Assembly: GCA_964510585.1 (NCBI GenBank)
Contig: CAZECW010000048.1
Span: 1-12,960, forward strand
Length of the DNA: 12,960 nt
Direction: 5' to 3'
Source of the DNA: an uncultured archaeon
GTDB taxonomy: Archaea > Asgardarchaeota > Jordiarchaeia > Jordiarchaeales > Jordiarchaeaceae
A model generated the notes under the pieces. The model was not told the origin of the DNA and did not search any database. It was given only the letters and a program-made list of their open reading frames with translations. Shown here in pieces: positions 1-6,804 of this stretch. How positions within the stretch are numbered: the first letter of the stretch is position 1; every line of letters starts with the position of its first letter. A program made the translations under genes and the position numbers.

Positions 1-139
1 CAGCCCCCATGAGGGTGCCAACATAGACGCCGTTCCCTTTGAGGGAAGGGCGTGTTAACTGGGTGATGGCACACCCATTGCTTCGAAGGCGATGAGCCAG
101 AAGCAAGAATCTCCCGACTTTAGTCGCGGAGAGTGTCAA
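1..139 (+). mobile_element. Right end of an IS200/IS605-family insertion sequence (body lies upstream, outside the window)
   Basis: GAAT at 107-110 sits at the foot of an imperfect hairpin, TCTCC-CGACT-tt-AGTCG-c-GGAGA (110-132), followed by terminal TCAA at 136-139. This is the guide/hairpin/cleavage-site layout of IS608-type right ends. Composition becomes AT-rich immediately after 139. No tnpA or tnpB coding sequence is visible. Confidence 0.8.
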
Positions 140-159
140 ATCCTTATCTATTTTGAGGC
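1..159 (+). ncRNA. Putative 3' part of a TnpB omega-RNA (reRNA): scaffold to 139, guide from about 140
   Basis: Four consecutive stem-loops: ACGCC-g-TTCCCT/AGGGAA-g-GGCGT (27-53), TGGGTG/CACCCA (60-77), TGCTTC..GGC/GCC..GAAGCA (79-105) and the end hairpin (110-132). All three + frames are closed by position 58. omega-RNAs are known to be encoded by IS200/IS605 right ends, with the flank acting as guide. Expression is inferred. Confidence 0.5.
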
Positions 160-341
160 TTTAAACTGAAAGAAGCCATAAGAGCCCCTACCAAAAGAGA
201 AATCGAACAATACAATATTTTCACACAAACACGAAATAAATTCCACAACTTCAAAAAGAGGACATAGAAAAGCGTTGGTATCAGATTAAATGTAAATTGT
301 GGGTTTCCTCTGAGACTGGAGTTTACATTTTGGATTATCAT
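144..341 (-). CDS. Possible small hydrophobic hypothetical protein (65 aa)
   Basis: ATG-started ORF with two hydrophobic stretches (LIPTLFYVLFLKLWNLF and ILYCSISLLVGALMASFSL). No RBS or family motif seen. The T-rich strand could produce this by chance. Confidence 0.2.
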   Translation of the reverse strand: MIIQNVNSSLRGNPQFTFNLIPTLFYVLFLKLWNLFRVCVKILYCSISLLVGALMASFSLKPQNR

Positions 342-444
342 AAAGGAGATAAAGTGGCATTTTCAAAACGCGCATAGAATTGTTTCGATTTGTTTCGGGA
401 GGCTTCAGAAAAAGGAGTTTTAATTGAAATTTTGTTATGAACTT

Positions 445-1671
445 TTATGTTGAGGACTGCTTGTTTTTGAGTAGTTGGTTGAGGTCGAATTCTTCCTGGA
501 GGATTTTGTTTTTGACTTTTTCCACGTTTATTTCCTGTTTTATTATTTCGGCCATGGGTTTTGCGCTTTTCCTTTCTCCTATTATTATTGATCCAACTAT
601 TTTTCCTTCCTTTAGAACCAATTTTTTGTAGAGGCATTTTTCTGCTTCGATTCTTCTGATCTGCTCATACTCTTCTGTTTCGGGATTAACCAGTCCTATT
701 GAGGTTAGGTCTATTCCCGCCACTTTGAGAGTGTTTAGGGGAATGGTTCCCTTGTAAACCATTTTTTTCCCAGCCATGTTTGCTGCGGCTATCTGAGCCT
801 GCTCCGTGGTTGCCGGAATTATTCCGTACACTCTCCCCCTGTGTTCAGCGATGTCTCCCGCCGCATAAATGTTTTCAAAGTTGGTTCTCATATAGTCGTC
901 CACAATGACTCCTCTGTTCACATTTATTCCCGCTTCTCGGGGAAGCTCAATGTTGCTTCGGATACCTGTGGCGAAAATAACTAGTTCCGCCGGGATGGAC
1001 TCACCGCTCTTTAGTTTTAAGCCAGAAACTTCAGAGTTCCCCACAATCTCCTCTGTCTGGGCTCCACACCTAATTTCCATACCCATTTTCTGAAACTCGC
1101 TTATAAGTACATTTGAGCCCTCCTGATCAACCTGTCGTGGAAGAAGCCAGGGTGCAAATTCCAATATGGTAACATTTAGACCCAACTTTCTCAGAGCAGC
1201 AGAAATCTCCAATCCCAATAGGCCTCCACCCACAACAACCGCATTCTTACATTTCTTAGCATATTCTCTTATTGCCAGGGCATCATCAATGGTTCTAAGG
1301 GCAAACACTCCCCTTTTTTCAGCACCCTTAACCGAAGGAATAAAGGAGCGGGCACCATTAGCCAGAAGAAGACTATCATAAGAAACCCTATTTCCACCAG
1401 CCAGAACAATCTCATTCTCAGCGGGCTTCAGAGACTTTACCGGGGTACCCAAATGAACTTTAACATTTCTCTCCTCATACCATTTGAGGGGATAAATGAA
1501 AATGTCGCTAACCTTCGATTCTCCTGATAAAACCCTGTAGAGGGAAGGCCTAGGATAATAAGGATAATTCTCATCACTAAAAACTTCAATACTGCTATCA
1601 GGTGCATTTTGCAAAAGATACCTGCAAGCAGTAAAACCTGCCAAACTAAACCCAACAATCACAATCTTCAA
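445..1671 (-). CDS. FAD-dependent pyridine nucleotide-disulfide oxidoreductase family; NADH:rubredoxin oxidoreductase / NirB N-terminal-like
   Basis: N-terminal FAD fingerprint IVIVGFSLAG, ATG-like LLLANGA, NADH-binding VVVGGGLLGLE and second FAD motif TNFENIYAAGD. C-terminal NLKVAGIDL-type segment (TLKVAGIDL...YKKLVL). No redox Cys in the YYPRPSL segment, so it is not a CoA-disulfide reductase or NADH oxidase. TTG start with AGGAGGAG RBS at 1678-1685 (6-nt spacing). Confidence 0.9.
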   Translation of the reverse strand: MKIVIVGFSLAGFTACRYLLQNAPDSSIEVFSDENYPYYPRPSLYRVLSGESKVSDIFIYPLKWYEERNVKVHLGTPVKSLKPAENEIVLAGGNRVSYDSLLLANGARSFIPSVKGAEKRGVFALRTIDDALAIREYAKKCKNAVVVGGGLLGLEISAALRKLGLNVTILEFAPWLLPRQVDQEGSNVLISEFQKMGMEIRCGAQTEEIVGNSEVSGLKLKSGESIPAELVIFATGIRSNIELPREAGINVNRGVIVDDYMRTNFENIYAAGDIAEHRGRVYGIIPATTEQAQIAAANMAGKKMVYKGTIPLNTLKVAGIDLTSIGLVNPETEEYEQIRRIEAEKCLYKKLVLKEGKIVGSIIIGERKSAKPMAEIIKQEINVEKVKNKILQEEFDLNQLLKNKQSST

Positions 1672-1703
1672 ACAAAACTCCTCCTAAAAGTGAAAATGGA
1701 AAA

Positions 1704-1725
1704 CTCAAGCTAATGTTAGCTTGAG
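1704..1725. promoter_or_regulatory. Perfect 10-bp inverted repeat, candidate transcription-factor operator
   Basis: CTCAAGCTAA-tg-TTAGCTTGAG, 33 bp upstream of the oxidoreductase start. The 2-nt spacer is too short for an RNA loop. Confidence 0.55.
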
Positions 1726-1980
1726 AAAAAGAGGCACAAAGAATTAAAATACCTTTCCCAAAGAAAAACCCAAAAAACAAAAACAGCATAACTGGCACAA
1801 GTCTAAAAAAATAATCCACCAGAAATCAGAATACTTATACGCTGAAACACCCCCACAAAAATAATAGAAATCGAAGACGCTCTCCTTCCCTAAACCCAAT
1901 TTTCAACGACTCTTTTTGAGGACGAGAAAATTCTTTGAAACTTGCATGGAAAAACAGTCTCAATTATTTCTAATTTGTCA

Positions 1981-1999
1981 TTCAAAAGAACCTTTTGAA
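1981..1999. promoter_or_regulatory. Perfect 8-bp inverted repeat upstream of the HDAC-fold gene
   Basis: TTCAAAAG-aac-CTTTTGAA, followed by TATA-like TTTAAAAA near 2014. The AT-rich context lowers its significance. Confidence 0.4.
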
Positions 2000-2103
2000 A
2001 CATTTACAGAACGTTTAAAAATTAAGGTTCAAAATATGAAAGCGGCAGAAACTCTATAAAGTTGATTCAGATTTCGTTAAATTTGTTTTTGGGAGAGATT
2101 TTG

Positions 2104-2946
2104 ATGAGGACCGGAGTCTTCTGGCACGACCTCTTCGCCAAGAATTCTTGGCCAGTGATTGGAAACAAGTTCAAAAATTTCCCCAAAGCAATGGAGTGGG
2201 CCCTAAAACTTGAGGGAGTCAAACTTTACACCCCCAGCAAAGTATCCTGGGAAACCCTAAAAAAGGTACACACTGAACCCCTACTGGAAAACCTGAAAAA
2301 AGCTTGGTACTGCGAGGGAGCACTCTACTCTGTGGGAGGATGCATAGAAGCCGCAACCAAAATAGTGAGCGGCGAACTAGACAACGCACTGGTTTTCGAT
2401 GTAGGAGCGGGACACCACGCCGGGCCATCACACGCTTGGGGAGGCACCTACATTTCCTGCACCGGCCCCACAGTAGTATCTCTACGCGAAAAATTTGGAG
2501 CCAGTCGCTACGCCATACTGGACACTGACAGTCACCACGGCGACGGAACCAGAGCGGTGTTCATGGGGGACAGGGATGTCCTACACGTTTGTTTCTGCAG
2601 CAACAACATAGTAGAAGATGGGGGAACCAAGATATGCGTGGACGTAGGCTACAACACAAATGATCAAGAGTATCTCAGCCATGTGGAGGAAGAATTTGTG
2701 CCCCGCGTGGAAAAGTTCAAGCCCCAAATAATCTTCCACCTCTTGGGACACGACACCGCCCAGGGAGACTACGGCGATAGGGGACTCTCAGAATCCTTCT
2801 TCCTGGAACTGGTCAAGATGGTCAAGAGATGCGCCCAAAAAGTCTCTAATGGAAAATACATGATTATTACGCACGGCGGCTCCAGGGAAGACCTCGCAGA
2901 ATACATATTCCCAAACGTCATTGAAATTCTCGCCAGCCCCTCGTAG
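2104..2946 (+). CDS. Histone-deacetylase-fold (arginase/deacetylase superfamily) Zn-dependent amidohydrolase, divergent
   Basis: GHHA catalytic His pair, LDTDSHHGDGT (D-x-H metal ligands), LGHDTAQGD (third metal Asp) and HGG near the C-terminus. The ATG at 2104 (MRTGVFWHDLF) follows GGGAGA at 2091-2096 and is preferred over the track start at 2062. Confidence 0.85.
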   Translation: MRTGVFWHDLFAKNSWPVIGNKFKNFPKAMEWALKLEGVKLYTPSKVSWETLKKVHTEPLLENLKKAWYCEGALYSVGGCIEAATKIVSGELDNALVFDVGAGHHAGPSHAWGGTYISCTGPTVVSLREKFGASRYAILDTDSHHGDGTRAVFMGDRDVLHVCFCSNNIVEDGGTKICVDVGYNTNDQEYLSHVEEEFVPRVEKFKPQIIFHLLGHDTAQGDYGDRGLSESFFLELVKMVKRCAQKVSNGKYMIITHGGSREDLAEYIFPNVIEILASPS

Positions 2947-3170
2947 CAGTTTCAAAACAGGTGGGCTAAAAAATGGTCAAACACCCAAAAATTATGGGGA
3001 GGGCTCACCAAAGATTTTGTAATAAATAAGAAGGGTTTCTTGTGGGCCTGTTTTCATTTCTTCTAAAGCGTTTGGATTCCTGATGAAAAATGGCTAGAAG
3101 CGGCGATGTGGGGTTTAACCTTTGTTCATCCTTATCCTGAATATGTAGAGTTTTTGTGTGTGAGATTTAG

Positions 3171-3207
3171 AGATATACTTATATATCTTTGATATCATTG
3201 TATATCT
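3171..3207. promoter_or_regulatory. TATA box flanked by repeated GATAT/ATATC half-sites; candidate autoregulatory operator
   Basis: AGATATA-ctta-TATATCT inverted repeat (3171-3188) overlaps TTATATA (3179-3185). A TGATATCA palindrome (3190-3197) and a second TATATCT (3201-3207) follow, directly upstream of an RHH gene. Confidence 0.55.
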
Positions 3208-3217
3208 GGTGCTTGGT

Positions 3218-3610
3218 GTGGATGTCCTAATTAGGGGTATAGACGAGGAAGTTTATGCCAGATTAAAAGCAAGAGCCTCAGAGCGGGGCTTAAAAATAGG
3301 GGAAGCCTTAACAGAAGCCATTAAGACCTGGTTAAAAAATTCTCCTGAGAAAAATGAGCGTGAGAAGGAGAGAGACCTGAATATTGCCACCTTCAGAAGA
3401 ATGAGAAGATTTCTTGAAAAAAACCACAAGGGAAAATGGGTTCTCATAGCTAAAGGCGAAGTAATAAGACTGGCGGATTCCATATTAGAAATAGTTGAAG
3501 CCAAAAAAAGTGAACAACTCACCGACAGACCCAGCCTCATTTTCAAGGTAGGCGAAACCCGCATAAAAAGAACCATAGGATTCAATGCAAGGAGGAAAAC
3601 CACCCAGTGA
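3218..3610 (+). CDS. Ribbon-helix-helix (FitA/Arc-like) domain fused to a DUF5678-like domain; putative antitoxin or regulator
   Basis: N-terminal DVLIRGIDEEVYARLKARASERGLKIGEALTEAI fits the RHH beta-alpha-alpha pattern. C-terminal HKGKWVLIAKGEVI fits the GKWV motif I recall for DUF5678. GTG at 3218 follows GGTG at 3208-3211; GTG at 3209 is the alternative start. Confidence 0.75.
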   Translation: MDVLIRGIDEEVYARLKARASERGLKIGEALTEAIKTWLKNSPEKNEREKERDLNIATFRRMRRFLEKNHKGKWVLIAKGEVIRLADSILEIVEAKKSEQLTDRPSLIFKVGETRIKRTIGFNARRKTTQ

Positions 3611-4047
3611 AAGAAAAAACCTGGAACTACGCAACACCACCAACTTCAAGTGTCCCTGCACCATACATCGAAATAGTAGTACACACCCCTGATAGAAGCT
3701 TAAAATATCCAATTGAGGGCACCCTTAGCGCCATGGTTGACACCGGATTTGACGGCTACCTAATCATACCCATCAACATATTCCAAGAGTTAAGACTTGA
3801 CCAATATGAAGTCCCACCAGACCTAATCGAAGTCACCGAAACATTTTCGGGCGAAACAATCAAGCTGCGTACCTCCCTAGCCATCGTAGAAATACAGGGA
3901 CTACTCGAAAAACAAGTTGAGATAGATACTCACGAAAACTGCCAAGAACCACTCCTCGGACGACTCTTCCTCGAAAACCTAGTAACAACCCTAAACGGAC
4001 CGAAAAGAAAAACAAAAGTTTCCACACAAGGCGAGCTCTCCGGGTAG
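3607..4047 (+). CDS. Clan AA (retropepsin-like) aspartic protease, AF_0612-type
   Basis: PAPYIEI strand, catalytic AMVDTGFDGYLIIP and C-terminal LLGRLFL. Single-domain size (146 aa) implies a homodimer. GTGA start/stop overlap (3607-3610) couples it to the upstream gene. Confidence 0.85.
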   Translation: MKEKTWNYATPPTSSVPAPYIEIVVHTPDRSLKYPIEGTLSAMVDTGFDGYLIIPINIFQELRLDQYEVPPDLIEVTETFSGETIKLRTSLAIVEIQGLLEKQVEIDTHENCQEPLLGRLFLENLVTTLNGPKRKTKVSTQGELSG

Positions 4048-4513
4048 GAATACACGAAAAACAATTCAACCCCCCTTCTTCTTGGAACCAAATCCCCTCA
4101 ACTAGACTAGGAGCAGCTCTTCCCACCATATGAAACCACAAGACCACCGCTAAAGGCATTAGACATTAACTCTTACCCTAAGAAGTTTTGTTGGGTGGAC
4201 TCCTGTTGGAGACAATTTCTTTCGAAACTTTACTGCGTACAAGAAGGAAGAGGACTTCAGGATCACAAGTAGAGAATACTGATAAAGGTGTATAGGGTAA
4301 GAGATAACCCTGATGCTCCCAGTAGACTCTGCTCGCCCCACCTCTTTGCTGAACTTTTCGACGATCCTAAAAAAAGGGAATGGTAAGTCTTCGTGATGAA
4401 AATTAATATTTTAAACTGAGAAGTCTTAATTTCTTAATTTATATTGTTATTATCCTTTGAGTTTTAGGGGTTTAAGGCCAAAAAATGTGGAGTGGAACTT
4501 AGTGTTTGACGAT

Positions 4514-5293
4514 TCATTTTTTCTTGCTCTTTTTTTCCATGTAGCGTTGGAACAAGGTCGCCATGTCTTCGGTTCTCACACATATGTCTTGCGCCAATAT
4601 GGAGTACTCAAGGACGCTTTCCATATCTATTTCCATGGATTTGTTGGCGATTTTTTTGGCCAGGCCCACGGCTATTAAACCGTTGTCCTTAATTTCGTTA
4701 GCCATCTCTAAGGCTGCGTCCATTAGTTTATCGGCGGGCACCACCTTGTTTACAAGACCTATTCTCTCAGCCTCTTTTGCATCTATGATTCTTCCCGTGA
4801 AGATTAGTTCTTTGGCTCTCCCCAGACCCACTATTCTGGGAAGCCTCTGAGCTCCACCGAGATCCGGAACCAGGCCAAAACATACTTCCGGAACGCCCAT
4901 TCTGGCGTTTTCCGCAGCAATTCTTATGTCGCAGCACAAAGCCATCTCTAAGCCCGCACCGATAGCAGCCCCATTGATAGCGGCTATCACAGGCTTCTCC
5001 ATGCTTTCCAGTAGTCCATAGTTTACTTGGCTCTTCTTTAGAATGTCTCGGAACATTCGGGAGGATGCGCCACCAAGTGCCCCCATAGAAGAGAAGTCTA
5101 TGCCCGCCGAAAAGACTGGGCCTGCGCCCGTAAGAATTACCACCTTCACCTCGTTGTCGTCGGAAACAATGCGAGCAGCCTCACCGATATCTCTAAACAT
5201 TTCGGCGTTAATGGCGTTCCTTTTGTCCGGTCTATTCAGAATAATTCTGCCAACGCCATCCTGCTTCTCAATTTTAATAGTTTCCAGATCCAT
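4514..5293 (-). CDS. Enoyl-CoA hydratase/isomerase (crotonase superfamily)
   Basis: IILNRPDKRNAI, FSAGID oxyanion loop, AAINGAAIGAGLEMAL, PEVCFGLVPDLGGAQRLPRIVG and AEAERIGLVNKVVP-type motif. Both catalytic Glu positions are present. ATG at 5293 with GGAGG RBS at 5300-5304 (259 aa); the track's extension to 5443 is probably untranslated. Confidence 0.93.
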   Translation of the reverse strand: MDLETIKIEKQDGVGRIILNRPDKRNAINAEMFRDIGEAARIVSDDNEVKVVILTGAGPVFSAGIDFSSMGALGGASSRMFRDILKKSQVNYGLLESMEKPVIAAINGAAIGAGLEMALCCDIRIAAENARMGVPEVCFGLVPDLGGAQRLPRIVGLGRAKELIFTGRIIDAKEAERIGLVNKVVPADKLMDAALEMANEIKDNGLIAVGLAKKIANKSMEIDMESVLEYSILAQDICVRTEDMATLFQRYMEKKSKKK

Positions 5294-5588
5294 AAAATTC
5301 CTCCAATAATGTAATCGATGAAACGGTAGTATAATAAACATGTTGTTAAATTTTTTGATAGCATAGAGTGAACTCTTCAAATACGAGATAACAAAAATTT
5401 TCCATTCATATTTAGAAGGCGCAAAAAAGTTGAATGATGACATTCTTTGTCCAACAAAATTTCCATGTTACAATCCAGTCATAACTTCACGAGAACAAAA
5501 ATTGCTAATAGCCCCATTTGTGCACAGGGTTTCTCAAATTTTTGTTTTTTCCGCGTCTGGGGTTCCAAGGTTTTAAAGAGAGGGTATT

Positions 5589-6578
5589 TTAGATGGGGTA
5601 CGCTCCGCAGGTTCTGCAATAGGTTGAGCCGCTTTTAACATTGGAGTGGCATTTGGGACAGGTTTTTTCTTCTGGATTTTTGGGTGAGGGGACGCCAACC
5701 TCACGGCGAAATATTTCATAGTAGAATAGGTGCTCCTTATCTCGAACTTCGACTCCATCCACTTCCTGGTAGTTTCTCTTTTTTTCCTCGAACTCCTCAT
5801 CACCGATTAGCCGATCAAAAATTTTAGTTAGACAACTTGTACCAGCTCCCTGCTCAATGGGTGTTTTAGCCCTCCAAACAATACTGGGGGGAAGAATTTC
5901 CTCAAAGGCTTTTCTCAGAATCCACTTCCCATAAACAACACCGTTTATACGCCTCACCTTAAGGCTGGGCTCTATTTGCTTTGCAAAATTTTGGAATTCC
6001 TCATCTAGATAGGGCAACTTTACATCCAATCCTAAATGGGTCGCAATATCTACGGATGAGAAATGCATGTTTTCCCACATTTTCGCCAGTTCACGCTGCA
6101 ACTCCTCGCCAGAATGTTTAAAGAGGAAGCTGTAGCCCGCAAAAAGCTCATCCGCCCCGTCCCCGGTAAAAACGGTTTTCAAACCCTCATCCTTCGCCAC
6201 CCTTAAAGCCACCAGAATAACCACACTGTTGCGTATCTCCATGGGGTCAAAGGAATTCAGAACCCGAATAGCCACGGGAAACTCAGATAAAAGCTCCTCC
6301 CAACTCAAGTAGTGAACCTTATGTTCAATTTCAAGCTTATCCGCAATCAGCTTAGCATAAGCAACATCCGGCGCGAAAGCCTCCCTGAAGGCCACAGTAA
6401 CCCCCTTCAACCTCTGATACACAGAGGCTACCTGTGCAATTATGGAGGTGTCCAAGCCCCCAGAAAGCAGTATACCCTCAGCAGGGTTTCTCCTCACAGA
6501 CTCCTCCAGTAAACGCCTAAGCCTAAAACAAATTTCCCTAATCTCCAACTGCAATGACCCTTCAACAAAAATTATCAT
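5589..6578 (-). CDS. Asparagine-synthetase-related protein: synthetase (PP-loop) domain only, plus C-terminal zinc ribbon
   Basis: LLSGGLDTS PP-loop, TGDGADELFAGY, LPYLD and GKWILRKAFE..LP..IVWRAK. Ends in CPKC-x10-CRTC. No N-terminal Cys1/Ntn glutaminase domain. Start is uncertain (ATG 6578, or TTG 6554/6548 after GAAGGG). Confidence 0.88.
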   Translation of the reverse strand: MIIFVEGSLQLEIREICFRLRRLLEESVRRNPAEGILLSGGLDTSIIAQVASVYQRLKGVTVAFREAFAPDVAYAKLIADKLEIEHKVHYLSWEELLSEFPVAIRVLNSFDPMEIRNSVVILVALRVAKDEGLKTVFTGDGADELFAGYSFLFKHSGEELQRELAKMWENMHFSSVDIATHLGLDVKLPYLDEEFQNFAKQIEPSLKVRRINGVVYGKWILRKAFEEILPPSIVWRAKTPIEQGAGTSCLTKIFDRLIGDEEFEEKKRNYQEVDGVEVRDKEHLFYYEIFRREVGVPSPKNPEEKTCPKCHSNVKSGSTYCRTCGAYPI

Positions 6579-6744
6579 TTTTATAGAAACTGATGAACCT
6601 TCTCCTTACACGAATTCTTTCGTCTTCACCATTAAGCACAGTAGTGTCGTCCAGCCCTTTGTCACTAAATTTAGCCTTTACCTTTAAGCCCTTAAAGTGG
6701 AACCGTTCCAGTAAAACTTGTTTCAAAAAGGTTTCCTTCAACAC
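6562..6744 (-). CDS. Possible small hypothetical protein (60 aa) between the AbfD-like and AsnB-like genes
   Basis: The ORF fills the gap on the same strand as both neighbours, has a charged protein-like composition, and stops next to the AsnB-like start. No motif or good RBS seen. Confidence 0.3.
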   Translation of the reverse strand: MLKETFLKQVLLERFHFKGLKVKAKFSDKGLDDTTVLNGEDERIRVRRRFISFYKNDNFC

Positions 6745-6804
6745 TAATTGGTTGAATCCTCAAAAAATTTTTTTATGTACCTTTTCTCACTAAGTTGGGA
6801 GTTT

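Noticed and set aside
1-58. TnpB C-terminal coding sequence
   Set aside because: The + frames stop at 10-12, 24-26 and 56-58 and show no TnpB motif, so no CDS can be supported.
338-637. 99-aa K/R/N-rich ORF with an ATGA overlap to ORF 144-341
   Set aside because: It lies mostly inside the oxidoreductase gene in another frame; its composition reflects the A-rich strand.
2954-3054. AAAACAGG / CCTGTTTT inverted pair about 85 nt apart, and small hairpins after the HDAC-fold gene
   Set aside because: Short arms, expected where an A/C-rich stretch meets a G/T-rich one; no extended stem.
3128-3136. ATCCTTATC matches the first 9 nt of the predicted omega-RNA guide, upstream of the RHH operon
   Set aside because: A 9-nt AT-rich match is plausible by chance in 26 kb of both strands. 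It breaks at position 10 and the TAM is unknown.
5294-5443. N-terminal extension of the crotonase given in the ORF track
   Set aside because: AT-rich and non-homologous; a clear GGAGG RBS precedes ATG 5293.
6532-6564. TGT-TGA (Cys-Sec-like) readthrough or frameshift joining the 60-aa ORF to the AsnB-like gene
   Set aside because: Readthrough adds only 7 residues before TAG. No selenoprotein family or SECIS is recognisable, and the upstream ORF does not resemble a glutaminase domain.
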